NCBI RefSeq assembly: GCF_009914755.1
Contig: NC_060927.1
Reading direction: 5' to 3' (one strand)
Origin: the human T2T-CHM13v2.0 reference genome, Homo sapiens
DNA length: 64,000 nucleotides
Of the stretch, positions 44,707 through 58,500 are shown one piece after another. The translations under genes and the position numbers were made by a program. The notes under the pieces are model-generated. The model made no database searches. It was given only the letters and a program-made list of their open reading frames with translations, and was not told where the DNA came from. Positions within the stretch are counted from its first letter, which is position 1, and each line of letters opens with the position of its first letter.

Positions 44707-45123
44707 TGCTATGGTTTGGATGTGGTTTGTTCCTGTCAAAATTCATATTGAAGTTTTATTGCCAGTGTAGCAGTATTGAAGGTGGGGCCTAGTCAGAGGT
44801 GTTTGAGTCACGGGGGTGTATCCCTATGAATAGGTTAAGGTCTTCTTGAAAAGTGAGCTCTTGCTGTCACAGATATGGACTAGTTCCCACAAGAGTAATT
44901 TGTTTTAAAGCAAGTTTCCTTTACCTATTTGTCCCCTTCTTCACATCCACTCCCCTGTTGACCTTCTGTCATGCTATGATGCAGCATGAAAGCCTCTCTA
45001 GAAATCAGCACCATGCTCTTGAACTTCCCAGCATGCAGAGCCATGAGTTAAATAAAACTATTTTATTCATAAATTACCCAGCCTCCGGTATTCTGTTTTA
45101 ACAATACTAACCAGACTAAAGCA
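44707..45123 (+). mobile_element. MST-family MaLR solo LTR
   Basis: tgctatggtttggatgtgg...aataaaact...aaattacccagcctc...gactaaagca; perfect 5-bp TSD tccac at 44702-44706 and 45124-45128. Confidence 0.88.
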
Positions 45124-47189
45124 TCCACCTTCTCATCATTCAAGTCTCCAAAGCTGAAAGGAATGTGCAAAGTTAAGTACAAACCACAGCTTCCCAGGGA
45201 AGAGAACTCTATTCAGCCAAAAGTCAGTTAATCTCATAATGTGTTTTTGTGTGCTAAGTGGTATTTCACTATATAAGTTGTCTAAGCAGCACACGCTGAA
45301 TTGTCACCAGCCTCCAGAGCTGTAGGAAAAGAAAATGATCGCTTATGTATCTTGGTGGCTTATCAGGGAACATGGAAGAATTAATGTATTTATTCTTTCT
45401 TCTGAGATTAAATGTAATTGCTTTAAAAAGATAATCATGCTATTGTTTGAATTGTATGCATTTCTTATGAAGCACTAATACATTTTCCTGTAGTCTGACA
45501 AAGTGTGTGGTCTCTTATCCTCATTTCCCTGTGGATAAATACTTTGTTAATTAATAAAGTATTATATGAGCACTTAGTGTCTGCATTTAACTGTGCAAGG
45601 ATTTCATTCAGATTATGTTAATAGATTGTTCACATTATTCCTTGCATTAATTACAACTTCTTTCTGTGGTTTCATCATAAGAGCATTGTCATTGTGAATA
45701 CAGGGGACTTTTTGGATTATATTCTTGTTTGACTGCTGAAGTAATGCTAGGAAAATATTATTATATTGAGCACTACTCTCGAGGACTTGGCAAAAAGCAA
45801 AAACAGATTCAATTATTCTCAAATCTTAGAAAGAACACAATTAGTTACAGCCTGGCCTACCTGAATCAAAATCAAGCAATTTGGGAATTTCTCTATTACC
45901 TACAATATCTTAGAAAAAATTTATAAAATTAGTATTTCATATCATGATACCTTAGGCATAATTATCAGGAAAAAAAAGGTTTCCTCCTAGTAATTGGTAA
46001 ATGTGGAATTCAAATTAAGCAAATATGAAGCATGGGCATAAATCTTAGGCCACATGTGTGCAAGAAATTTCACTTTCTTTTTCTCAAATCAACTTAATTC
46101 TGATTCATCTCACCTTATCTAAATAAGCTCTAGATATCTGCTGTGCTGGTGGGAAACTTAATCAGAGGTATGTGGACCACGCCCTCCACCCAGTGTTATG
46201 CAAAGGTTCCCAGGTCTTAGGTAATATCTGGAAATGAGGAAGCCCCTGGGTCATCACCTATCAGTCTGTCATGGTTACTACTGAGGCACAGCAGGCCTAG
46301 TGCTCAGGCTGCCTTCAGGTCTACCTGTGCTCCATTTCTACTTGAGCTGTTTGATGTACTTTGGAAGGCTGGGGATCTCTATGTCCACCCTGGGGATAAA
46401 CCTCCCCAAGCCATATCTCAAGGAAATCATACACTCACCAGTCTGCAGGCAGAGTACTACCACAGGGAAATATGCCAGTCCTCACCCTACCATTCTCCTC
46501 CTCCATCTCTTTTTCTTTCCTGGGAAATATTTTTCTTCTTCATCCCTGTTGCTCTGATAGTCACTTCCTCTGTCTCTAGTCCTCATAAGCAATCTTAGCA
46601 TTTATCTTTTTAGGCTTTTCCTAGCCAGGCGGAAACTGAGGATTCATCTCAGAGGTCTATCTGCAAAAGTGTCAGCTATGTGCTTAGAATACAGGTGTGG
46701 GGAAGAAATATACAGGGCAAACCCTATAAATTATCTTGAAACAAATCCTAGAACATAAACTATTTTCCAAAGACATGCAATTTTACTAAAAAAATAAACT
46801 TTACAAAACACAGTTCTGATGTTACTATTTCAGATAAAATGAGAAATGATTTGTAAAAATAAAACTAACCAGTTTGAATTCAGAATTTATAAAAGCCCAC
46901 ATTTGGTGTTTTATATGGGAATGTGATAAAACATTAACATTTGATGTTTTGTCTATTTGTTTATAAAAATGATTGTTATTTTCATTTTATTTCCTAAATA
47001 TTCTCATGAAGTGTAACTGTAGAAACTAAGAAGCAGGTTTTCTTTCCTCCCTTTTTATGCTCACCCCATAGTCATTCTGGCCTCTAGAGTCTTCCTGTTC
47101 CAACTCCTTCCAGATGTACCCAGCTCCACACGCAGTTTTTCTCACTCATGACCACCTCCTGCCCTCTGTACCAAGACTTCTCCCATATG

Positions 47190-47379
47190 TAGGGCTGCAG
47201 ATTTAGCAAATACAAATACAGGACAACAATTAACTTTGAAGTTTACATAAACAATGAAGAAATTTTTAGTATAAGTATGTTTCAAATATTGCATGGGACA
47301 TACTTATAGAAGAAAAAATTTCATTGTTATCTGAATTTCAAAGTTAACTGTGCATTCTGTATTTTATCTGGCCATTCTA
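47190..47379. mobile_element. MER53 palindromic MITE
   Basis: tagggctgcagat...aaatacagg...ataagtatg / catacttat...ctgtatttt atctggccattcta; an inverted-repeat structure of about 190 bp. Confidence 0.85.
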
Positions 47380-47457
47380 CTTATATTCCCAGGTCACTAT
47401 CTCCCTTTTCTCCAACCTTTCCCACCTCCTATCACAGAATATTGTTCCATGTGACTA

Positions 47458-47612
47458 ATCAATGGGTATGAAGTTTTAATTAAGCAAAATAAATAAGCTC
47501 TAGATATCTGCTGTACTGCATTCAACCTACAGTCAGCAATAATATATTATACACTTAAAACTTTATTAAGAAGATTATCTTACCACAATAAAACAAAATT
47601 AGAAAAAGAAAA
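47458..47612 (+). mobile_element. Short 3'-end fragment of an old L1 (L1MA9/L1MB-like)
   Basis: aatgggtatgaagtt...ataagctctagatatctgctgtac...tacacttaaaa...cttaccacaataaaa followed by an A-rich tail. Confidence 0.75.
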
Positions 47613-48704
47613 GGCATTGTAGTAAATATGAAAGAAACTTCAAAGAAGAGGTACTTTGATTGAACACCCCATAATCTTCGATGAATTTCTCAATCTGTTC
47701 TCTTAGACCCTGAACGGTCTTAGAAATAGGAAACTGGCCTCAAAAAGTATAATCTAACAGCCTCAGAATTCCACACTTATGGTGGAAACAGAATCAAGAT
47801 AAAGAGTTACAATTTAAGTCAGAGGACTTCTTGTGATGTAAGATAGAAAACTTGAACAGTTTATAATAATCAGGCATTCTGAAATCATAAAATAAAAGGA
47901 AAAAATCACACTGCAGTTGGAAAAAAAGAAAAGGAGACTATTTTTTTTTTTAACTTGATAGCACTAGAGTTAGAAAAGTAAGCTGATAGAGTGGTTCTCT
48001 TTAGAAACCATCCATTTGGAATATGAAGACCCTTGTCGTAAAGAGAGGAGTGGCTGGGGAGGCAAAGCCCATTAAAGTTGGCAGTTGTGCTTTGTCAACC
48101 ATTTAGTGTGGTTGAAGCAAAGGTAAAGTAGCAAGGATTGTTCCTGCAGGAAAACATATTTAAGCTTATAGGCCAGGTTTTACAAGTAAGAGTGCAAGGA
48201 CAAGAAAAGTAGAGGTTTTATTTCAGGGCAAAATAAGAAATGCGCAGGATATGGTCCTTCTGGTTCAACAAAGTCTCCAAGATGCTTTCAAGTTGAACAT
48301 GTTTCTGAGCATTGCAAGGATAGCTCATAAATGGTTATTCTTAAGCTGTTGCTTATTAAATCAAATCTGAATCTGGCAAAGTAACAGCAGAAGCCAGGGG
48401 AAAGCCAGTAGATGATGCATTAATGCGGCCTTGAAAATTATTTTCAAGTCTTACTCAGCAACACAATTTGGTTACATCCTGCTTCATGTGGAATGATTTC
48501 ATTCCTTTGTTGGTTTTTTTTTAACAGTCGGCCTTCTACAATAGCTATTTAAATTAAGCATTAAATTTATCAAAAGTGTATTCTTTACTGTAATTAATTC
48601 TAAAAGATAGAAGAATACCATCTTCTTCTGCAAATACAGAGTGAGCACCTATGGAATTCAACAATATTTATGAAGAAAGAAATTGTATTTATACAGGAGG
48701 GAAA

Positions 48705-48890
48705 AAAAAGCAGTAGACTGAGGCAGATCTATGTTTAAAACACAGCTCATTTACTAGCTGTGTGGCTTTGGATGGATCCATTAACCTCTCCGAATTTCTT
48801 TCCTTAATTATAACAGGCACTAATAATGCCTGCATACATGAGAGTTATGAATTAAAAATAATATGTGTAAAGTGTTTCACACACAATAAT
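48705..48890 (+). mobile_element. MIR
   Basis: catttactagctgtgtggctttgg...ttaacctctccgaa...atatgtgtaaagtg. Confidence 0.65.
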
Positions 48891-49357
48891 AGCGACAATC
48901 TAATGAGGCCTATTAAGATATCCTGAGGCTCATAAAGGAGAATTGCTGAGACCTCTTGAATAACATTTCTGAAAATGTGTTGGGAAAACATTAGTCCCTA
49001 CTGATGGGTCTGCTATTATCAAATCTGGGAAATGTGTTTTATAGGCTTCTATTAGAAATTAGTAAAGACTCTGAGAAGCTCTGCAACTAAGAAATCTGCT
49101 TCAGTTCAACACTGAGTTTTCCAGGCCTAAGAATTCTGCAACCTTTTATTAGGCATCAACAGGAATTCCAGTCTTGGGTGAACTTTGCCCCTGACATCAA
49201 AAAAGAAAGCCGATTCGTTACAGTTTGTTCAGCTGAGGATGTGTTTCTTACTGTGTTATTTTGACATTGTTACCTTTCTTTTTCACTGATTTTTTAACCT
49301 CCAGTTTTAACTCATGAAAAGAAATTTGGAGGAAATGTCATTTATTAAAAGTATACC

Positions 49358-50545
49358 CTTTGTCAGATAGATAGATTGCAAAAATTTTCTCCCATTCTGT
49401 AGGTTGCCTGTTCACTCTGATGATAGTTTCTTTTGCCGAACCAGAAGTGCTTTAGTTTAATTAGACCCCATTTGTCAAATTTTGGCTTTTGTTGCCATTG
49501 CTTTTCGTGTTTTAGTCATGAACTCTTTGCCCATTCCTATGTCCTGAATGGTATTGCCTAGGTTTTCTTCTAGGGTTTTTATGGTTTTAGGTTTTACGTT
49601 TAAGTCTTTAATCCACCTTGAGTTATTTTTTGTATAAGGTGTAACAAAGGGCTCCAGTTTCAGTTTTCTTCATATGGCTAGCCAGTTTTCCCAACACCAC
49701 TTATTAAATAGGGAATGCTTACCTCATTACTTGTTTTTGTCAGGTTTGTCAAAGATCAGATGATTGTAGATGTGTGGCGTTATTTCTGATGTTTCTGTTC
49801 TGTTCTGTTCCATTGGTCTATATATCTGTTTTGGTACCATTACCATGCTGTTTTGGTTACTGTAGCCTTGTAGCATAGTTTGAAGTCAGGTAGCGTGATG
49901 CCTCCAGGTTTGTTCTTTTTGCTTAGGATTGTCTTGGCTATATGGGCTCCTTTTTGTTCCATATGAAATTTAAAGTAGTTTTTTCTAATTCTGTGAAGAA
50001 AGTCACTGGTAGCTTGATGGGGATAGCACTGCATCTATAAATTACTCTGGGGATTATAAATAATTCTACTATAAAGACACATGCACACATATGTATATTG
50101 CAGCACTATTCACAATAGCAAAGACATGGAGTCAACCCAAATGCCCATCAATGATAGACTGGATAAAGAATATGTGGCACATATATACCATGGAATACTA
50201 TGCAGCCATAAAAAAGTATGAGTTCATGTCCTTTACAGGGACATGGATGTAGCTGGAAACCATCATTCTCAGCAAACTACCACAGGAACAGAAAACCAAA
50301 CACTGGGTGTTCTCGATCATAAGTGGGAGTTGAACAATGAGAACACATGGACACAGGGAAGGGAACATCGCACACTGGGGCCTGTCAGAGGGTGGGGGTA
50401 GGGGAGGGAGAGCATTAGGACAGATACCTAATGTAGATGATGGATTGATAGGTGCAGCATACCACCATGGGACGTGTATACCTATGTAACAAACCCACAC
50501 ATTCTGCACATGTATCCCATAACTAAAAGTATAATAAATTTTTTT
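49358..50545 (+). mobile_element. 5'-truncated, 5'-inverted (twin-primed) L1PA7/8-like element with a junctional deletion of about 400 nt
   Basis: Minus-strand ORF2 piece at 49358-50050, plus-strand 3' end at 50051-50545; degenerate TSD ttaaaagtatacc / ttaaagatatacc. Confidence 0.88.
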
Positions 50546-51914
50546 AAAGATATACCAATCTATTTTCTTACTATGGGACTTTTCTTATGCAACTTTCAAG
50601 TTTAAGCTTTTGTTATCTGACCTAATTCATTTCTTTAAGGAACTATTATATTTACAACAAAGAAAACGCACTGATCCTTTGTCTTATGAAGGTCTTATGA
50701 ATGCTACTTTCCCAGCTTCTGTAGATACAGATCTTGAATTGCCTCAGCTCACATACTAAGCCTTTCTACTCACCTCATTCTATCAAATTCCACTGGTTTT
50801 TGCCCTCACTGTTCTTTCCATCTAAGGCAATACTTCACTATCACAACATAAATATAATCTCCACTCTTTCACTTGTTTTGCTCACAAACTTCATCTCTTC
50901 CCCAACTAGGCATCTTATTCCCATGAGAAACTGGGAAATAGCATCTCTACAACAGCTGTACAGAATGTACATGAACCAGGCCATTTACTCCCACCCTGGG
51001 CTTGCAATTCCATGATCCATCCCTCATCAACTTGACTCCCCTGCTTCCTGGAGCCTCAACAGAAAGAGTCTCACCTAATCAATCGCAACTTCAACAGTTA
51101 CATTTAGACATTTTTAGTAACTCAGAAGCAAATTGTTGGTAACTAGAGAATCAAGTATTTTTGGCAACAGATATATAAAATAGCAGCAATTATTATATGG
51201 CTGGGAAAGTACATATGATTATCTTACAAGCTAAGACTTATCTATAAGCAGGCTGATAACACAGTCTTACTTAGGTACTGTTTTTGGTCTTTGGATGAAG
51301 CAGTCTATTAGTAATACACTGTAAACCAGAAGTTGCCAAAGTTGCTCCCATCTGTCCTTTTTGAGCATTTCATATGTGGCCATATGAATGAGCCCAGAGA
51401 CCAACAGCTCCAATCCTACAGGCCTTGTAAAAAGCACTAGTTGTGAGATGCAGCCAGAGAACTCATCGATGATCTCAATACCTAAAACACTGCACCATCA
51501 AACAGACATGCTGGATTGGCAATGGCTGGCTCAGTGATGTCCAAGACCACAGTCATGGCAGTGAAAGGACTTGAGGTGTTTTGGCACCAAAGGTGGTGAA
51601 TGGTTCCTCCACGGTATGCTTGCTTCCAGGTGCTATGATAAAAACCTTGGCTTTTTTATGACTTCCTAAAATTATTCCTCTACCCAACATAAGACCATAA
51701 ACAAAAAGGAATATGGATGAACTCCCTGGATGGTGAAGCATAAGATCACTATTATGGCAGAATGTTATACACCTACTCATAATCTATCTTTAGTTGTATT
51801 TTTAATATTGTTATTTTCATGCATATGAAAACTCACTGTAATAAAATTCCAGTGTAAGGCTTTTTTTATTTCATCAGGTTTCACCTTCCCAGAGCAGGAG
51901 GCTTTTGAATAAAA

Positions 51915-52065
51915 AAATCTAACAATAATATCCAGCACACATAGCATTTTTCCAATACAAACACTACTCTAAATATTTCACATGTATTGACTATCTTAAT
52001 CCTCACACCAATACTATGAAGTAGATACAATTATTATTCACATTTAGAGATGACAAGTGAGGACA
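51915..52065 (-). mobile_element. MIR relic
   Basis: ttaatcctcacaccaatactatgaagtagatacaattattattcacatttagagatga. Confidence 0.65.
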
Positions 52066-54165
52066 AATCATTTGAATTGTGTAGACTGAAGCACTGTGAT
52101 TGATTGTGAGCAGTTACAGACCTCACAGCCCTGTTGGAGTTAGGCAACAGAGGTGAGCATGAGAAGGACTTGAGGTTGACATCGTCCTTGCCTAAATGAT
52201 AACTATAGGAATCATTCTCATCACAGTTGCCTCAGTTTCCTAATCTGTAAACCTCATAAAAACCCATGACAACCACTACCAATAGCATTGGAACCATTAT
52301 TAGTAAGTAACCTAAGACTATGGAAATGGAAGAACCACCATTTAAGCCACAATTGTCCAAATCCCTGTGCAATACTATGTATCCTACAAGGAGAATTATG
52401 AAATAAAGAGTGTGTTATCTGGAACCATTCAGAGGTCAGGATTCTGGGGTAAATTCTTAGGGAAGAGAGGCAGTTATAGTTAATTCAAGTTATTTTTCTA
52501 GTTAGGGCCAAATATTAGGATGAGCCAAATCAAATTATCTATATGCAAACACTTTTGACTTAGAAAAATGACAATTTCATGTGGGTCAAAATAACAAAAT
52601 GTCTTACTTTATGGGGGATCTTAGGAAAAAGGATGTAGATTAGAAGGAAATCTGTAACAAGACTAAGCTGAAATATCTAGCTGAAAACAACTAATCTATA
52701 TCAAACCTGTAGCAACTTTGAATACATGATGGAGTAGTGGGTATGTGAACTATACTTATTCCTATGCAAATTTGAGTCAGCCTATGAGATTATAATTAGC
52801 CCAGGTGATGCACCTGGAAATCTATAATTTTTGTCCTCATGTCTGGTATTCCAGAAAACCTGGTGTAACTATACTCCACCTTTCCTGGCAGGAAATTTTA
52901 AATGCAAATTTTCTAGAAGTTCTCTTGCAAAACAACAAAATAAAATAATAAGAACTCCTTATGATTTTTTTTAAACAATGAGGTAATGTAATGGAATTCT
53001 GAAATATATTCTGTAACTGCCATTGTGTTCTGTGAGATATCCCTACAGAAACAGATTTGGAGTCACTCCAGTTCATGCTGTCAGTTTGGACTAAGACAGG
53101 CAGTACGAATGGGCAGACAATTTTTTTGATAATGAAATCTAGAAATTTGTTTGGAAAACCCTGAACAATTTCACTGGTACTCTGATGCTGCAATGCCATC
53201 AGCATGAAATGGAATAGTTCTGCTTTAAAGTCCCTGGCAAAAAGAGGCACATGTCTCTGCATCTCAGAAGCACAAGGTATAAACATCATGTTACTGTAAA
53301 TTCCATTTTTTACAGCAGAGATTAGTAATGTATCAGCGTGCATTTCTTATTGCCATTCCAATGAATTTCCTGAAGACTTTTAATTCTAAATAAAAGAAGC
53401 CATGTTTATATTTTCTGCATTGTCATGTGTGTGCAGTACATATAGTAAGAGCTACAGACACTCAGAGAAAAGGAAAATTATGAATCTCGGAAGAATCATC
53501 TTTCTATCCATAGGCAGTTTTTGGTGTGTCTGGAGAGATCAAAAGACTCTGTACATATTTTGGAAACTAAGAAAAGAACAGAAGCGTAATGGTGTTATAT
53601 CTTCCTGGGATTTCATTACTTTCAACAAGTGAATTTTGCAGGTGAGTACAAGGGAATCGTTTCTCAGAATTCTCTCTAAATCCCTTAGGAATTGAAAATC
53701 AGTATGAGGATTGACTCCAGAATATTCTGACTTTAAAAAAATGCCATGTATGTGAGGGTGCATACATGCATACACATACACATGCACACACAAACACAAT
53801 ATGTGCACAAATAGAACATGATGGCTAAGACAGTTTTTCTGAAGTTGAGATTTAAGATGTTAAACTGAGGACTTCAATTTTCACTCTATAAAGTCATTCA
53901 ACCTCATACGTAGACTACAGAAGATAAATTATGCTCAAAAGGCCCACCTGAAAGCTCTTCTGCTTTCTGTGATTAAGCCTAATCAGCTATGCATTTGGGT
54001 AAAAAGTAGTGTCCTATTGTTTGGATTGTTGCATGAGCTCTATACCTTCTTGCCTTTGTGTTTCTGGCTCCTTCTCTGCTTGTTATCCTGGGTTTTTAAT
54101 TGATTTCATTTTTATATTAGTCACATATTGGCATACTGTTAGATAATACCTACCTGCTTCTCCAA

Positions 54166-54168
<3 letters not shown>

Positions 54169-54212
<44 letters not shown>
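54169..54212. repeat. (CA)22 perfect microsatellite
   Basis: Uninterrupted 44-nt CA run. Confidence 0.97.
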
Positions 54213-54213
<1 letters not shown>

Positions 54214-54371
54214 CCACCACGTAGGTAGCCCTCTAATTGCATGAAAACACAGGAATAGTCACGCACTCATCCCTAGGGTCCAGTCCTCAGGAATTAATTT
54301 TACAAAATGACCTTAGAGAGATGCACAAACCCTAATGTGAAATAATTTGAGTTTTACTCGTGTTCACTTTA

Positions 54372-54820
54372 TGTGGCAGAAAGTAATTGTTGACCTACTA
54401 GTAATTCCTAAATCCCTTCTTGTTTATTCAGGGTGGTAATGTACCCAGCTAACAATAGTCTATTGCATGTACAGATGACCATGAGACATAGTTCTAGCCA
54501 GTAGAAATACTTGAGGGTTTCTGGGAAAGTTTAGATTTCCCAGCATAACTACGATGCCTTCCTGTTTGACCTTCTTTCTGCCTGCAATAGAAGTGAGATG
54601 AGGGTGTGTCAGCTATATTACAAACAGAAGATGGCAAGCATAAGTACAAAAGATGCTGAAACACAAAAGTAGACCATGTCTGGGTTCTTGACGTTATTGC
54701 TAAGCAGTTGGAAGAGACCTGCATTCACTGCCTCATATTTTATGATTTGATAAAAGCAAATCTTATGCATTCAAGTGACTGCAGTCAGTTTATTTGCAGC
54801 TGACCCCTTCTCCAATTGAC
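54372..54820 (+). mobile_element. Old MLT1 (MLT1J-like) MaLR LTR
   Basis: tgtggcaga start; gatgaccatgagacatagttctagccagtaga; tttgcagctga...aattgaca end. Confidence 0.6.
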
Positions 54821-55129
54821 AAAGCTTATATTGTAGTAACAGTTTCAGGCAACCAGATGTGTTCTCTGTGGGTTATTTTGAGGGTTGGGTAAGTGTCTGA
54901 TGGAGCGAAATTGTCAGAGCCTAGCTCTTCTTTCATATTCCTCCTTTCTGAGCACATGAACCCACAATACCGCTGGAGAACACTCTGTGCGTGGAGTGAA
55001 GAACATCCCCATTTTCCCTTCCATTCTTTCAGTTATTCTGCATTACTATTTTTCTCTTTCCCTCAATGTTTCTATCTCATTTCAAAAGAGGAAACATGAA
55101 GTCAGAGGTTTGATTCAGAGGTAGAAATA

Positions 55130-55580
55130 TTTTTATTTGGGTTTCCCCAAAGCAGACATTGGGTCAATGATATAGTACAAATAGTTTATTTGGGAGATGA
55201 TTCCAGAAAGCACCTGTAGGAAAATGGGGAAGTGAGTCAAGGAGGAGAAGGAAGCAAATAAAGGGTGTGTTATTGTGCAGATAACCATCAGTGGGCAACT
55301 GAGGCTTAGGGACACAGTGTAAAATGTGCCTCAGAGTTAGCCCAACATGCCTAACTACTAACCCCAGCAAAGTACCAGGAGCATTTTATGCACCAATTCC
55401 TGTCAATCATTGGTTGAAGGCTGTTGAGGAGGTGGGCTACTACCTGATATCTCTAGCCTGTGGAATGAATGGCTCCAGATAAAGAGCTGCAAGCGTTTGT
55501 AGCTGGAAGTTATTGGGTTGGTGTGCTTATGAATAAGTGCCGGAGGGATACTGACAGAGCATCATCAATATCAGCTATAC
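55130..55580 (-). mobile_element. ERVL LTR (LTR33/LTR16 group)
   Basis: gggtttccccaaagcagac...agtttatttgggagatgattccagaaagcacc...ggggaagtgag is the reverse of an LTR16/33 3' end. Confidence 0.7.
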
Positions 55581-58500
55581 TTAAACTCTTGCACCATTCA
55601 GATCCACTTGTGCCCCCCTTTAAGTTCACTGTGTTGAGTTAATGCTTCAAGGTGGTGTCTAGTTTTAATTTTTTTAAAAGGAAAATTTTACACAGTAGGT
55701 TTAGTAGAACAAGTTACTATCCTTGTTGCTTCAGTTTATCTAAATATTAATGTCTCCCATCTTTCTCCTCTACCACCCATTCCAGATCCTTTATCTAGCA
55801 TGTTGCTTGCATTATGGGGTAACTCAGGCCTTTATTCCTACGTTGTCTAAGCCTCTAGTTACATTCTTTTGTAAAGTTATGCTTGCTGTAGTTGCCCGAT
55901 CATGATTACTCCTGGGCAAGAAAGCACCAGGAGATATCCCAATGGACCCCCTGAGCTCAAGACATTCTTCTTTTTGCCTTCATTATGTAGCACAATTTTT
56001 TCTCTCCTCAGGACAATCAGGGACATTAATCCCTGCCAGCATAGTAATTTTGTTCTTTTCCTGTTTCTGCACTCTCATGAGGGACTTCATAACCAGATGA
56101 CAGCTATAGCTTTAGGTTTATTAGACTCTTATTGCGTCTTCTGATAGAAGAATCCCTACCCAACCCAATTCTAAAAAACTAGGACCTCTAGTTCCTCAGA
56201 GGTGAAATTTTGGAGATAGAAAATACACACGGTACAAGTGGATCATGGGGGATTGGTGGTAAAATGGGTCACTCTAAGTTCTATTTCTTATTTTCTATAT
56301 CTGCGTTTTCTAGTAGTTTGGAACAGTGCTCCACACAATGGCACTTGGTTCAAAGTATATGCCATGCTTTCAATAATAGTGCTTCAATAGTGAGAGATGT
56401 CATTTCCCTTCTGGAACCTTAGCTGTGCCTACAAGATGCCCTTCCATTGTTCTATCAGATCATCAGCTTCTGGGTGATGAAAATCTCACGGTCATGTGCA
56501 GGCCACTTGGTCCAAGGAGAGCTCATCATGGTAAGTCAGAACCACCTTGGATGATGGTGCTGAGCCACTGTGGGCAGAAAAGACTAATCCATACCCTAAA
56601 TACACATTAATTTAAATATTAACAAATTACTGTTCTTTCTGGGATAGAAGAGGTATAATATATTAACTTTCAAAATCTGGCTGGTTTTTCTCCTTGGAGA
56701 ATGGTGCCATATAGCGGTAGAGGGCTTAGCATCTGACTGTAATGCTAGCAGGTAAGACATTTAGCAGAAGCAGTAGCTGGTTCAACTTTGGTAAAAGCAA
56801 ACCCCTATTTGAGGACCCTTCTCTGCCTTCCTCTCTGTCAGCATGGCTATTATGCGCACTAAATGCCATCTAAAGAATTATCCTATTCATCTTGTGTTCA
56901 ATGCCTGCTCTGCTGTAAACTAGTGATAAATGACATGGGAACACCAACATTTTCAAGACTTTCAGCTTAGAATAGCATAAAATTGATACCACCCATTCCC
57001 ATAGGTCCACTCAAATCTTGCTTTCCAGACCTCTTTGTTTCTAAACGGCCAATCTTGTTTCTTGTAGCCACTAACAAAGCAACCAAATCATTTGTCTCTC
57101 CTCAGGGGTCCATATATATTCTTACCTAAGACCACTTTTATTTACAGACCATGTTAGGTACAGATGTAACTTAATAGTATGCTTTCTGCTCACTGGGAAG
57201 TTTTTCCATCACCATTTTTTTTTCTAGGAAAATTTCCTCCTGAATGAGGCTGTAGTAAAGCAGCATTCCAATTTAAACCCACATCGATTGTAATCAAGTT
57301 GTGATGATTAATTTTATGGGCCAACTTTGTGAGATGAAACTAACATTTAAATCAATGAACTTTGAGTACTGCAGATTGTCCTCTATAATGTGGATAGGCC
57401 TCCCCCAATCAGTTGAAACCCCAAATAGAACAAAAAAAAAATGGACTCACTAAGCAAGAGAGAATTCTCAGGTAGATTGCCTTTAAACTTCATCTGCACC
57501 ATTGGTTCTCCTGGGTTTCCAGGCAGGCAGCCTTCAGATGAGAATCATACCACTGGCTCTGCTTGGCCTTGGTCCTTCCAGTCTCCATGGCAGATATGAA
57601 CTTGCTAGCCTCTAGAATCACGTGAGCCAATTTCTTATAATAAATTGTGTTTTACATATACATACATACACACACACACACACATATACATATACATATG
57701 TTCTATTGACTTTGTTTCTCTGGAGAAAGCTGACTAATACATAAGCCAAACTAGTTTGTGAATCAGACCCAGGTGTTTTCCTTTTCCTACCATTTGGTAT
57801 ATTCATCCCAATAATGCACTTACAGATTTTTTTTAAAAATCACAGGGTGTATCTATGAACACATTAGAACCTCTCTGAGATAGACTGGTACCAGGACTCT
57901 ATTTATCACCTTTGCAAGTTTCTATACTATCAGAAGGGCCATGTTGCCATTTTTGAGCCATCTGATTATAGTGTCACCTGAGATTATGTAACTAACAGCC
58001 ATTGAAAGATCTCAGTGTTCCACTTTCCAGAGTTATTTGGCAATTAGCCATAAAGCCCTTCAGGGAAAGAATGGAGAAACTGCTACTACATACCCTTGCT
58101 GTGGAATTGCAGGGTTCTTCCTCAAGGGAACTTGAAATGTCCTTTCATTAAAGGGAAAAGCTGTGTGATGTCTTGGTCAAAGAACTGGCTCATGTCTGGA
58201 AGCTAGGTGAAAAATTGTATTTTTTTATTTTATTTTGCTGGCTCTCCTCAATCTCCTTGGTCACTTACTCGATCTTTTGTGGTTTTAGTAGACAAACAGC
58301 ATCATCGTTGACTACTCATCTATCTCACCCCTAGACTCACCATGCTTTATATGCCTTTGTCACAGATTGCTGCAAGTCAAGGCCCCTTGGCCCATACTGG
58401 CCTTAATGCTAACCAGGTAATTACAACTGCCTTGCCTTTGATGTCTTGGTGCTGCTGTCAGTTTTCTCTCTCCTGGTTCATTATTCCCATTGACAGAAGC

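Noticed and set aside
53163-53220. Imperfect hairpin (ctgatg...catcag core) as a miRNA precursor
   Set aside because: The stem is short and heavily bulged
52837-53343. 168-aa minus-strand ORF
   Set aside because: No recognisable family or splice context; residue composition is what AT-rich non-coding DNA gives by chance
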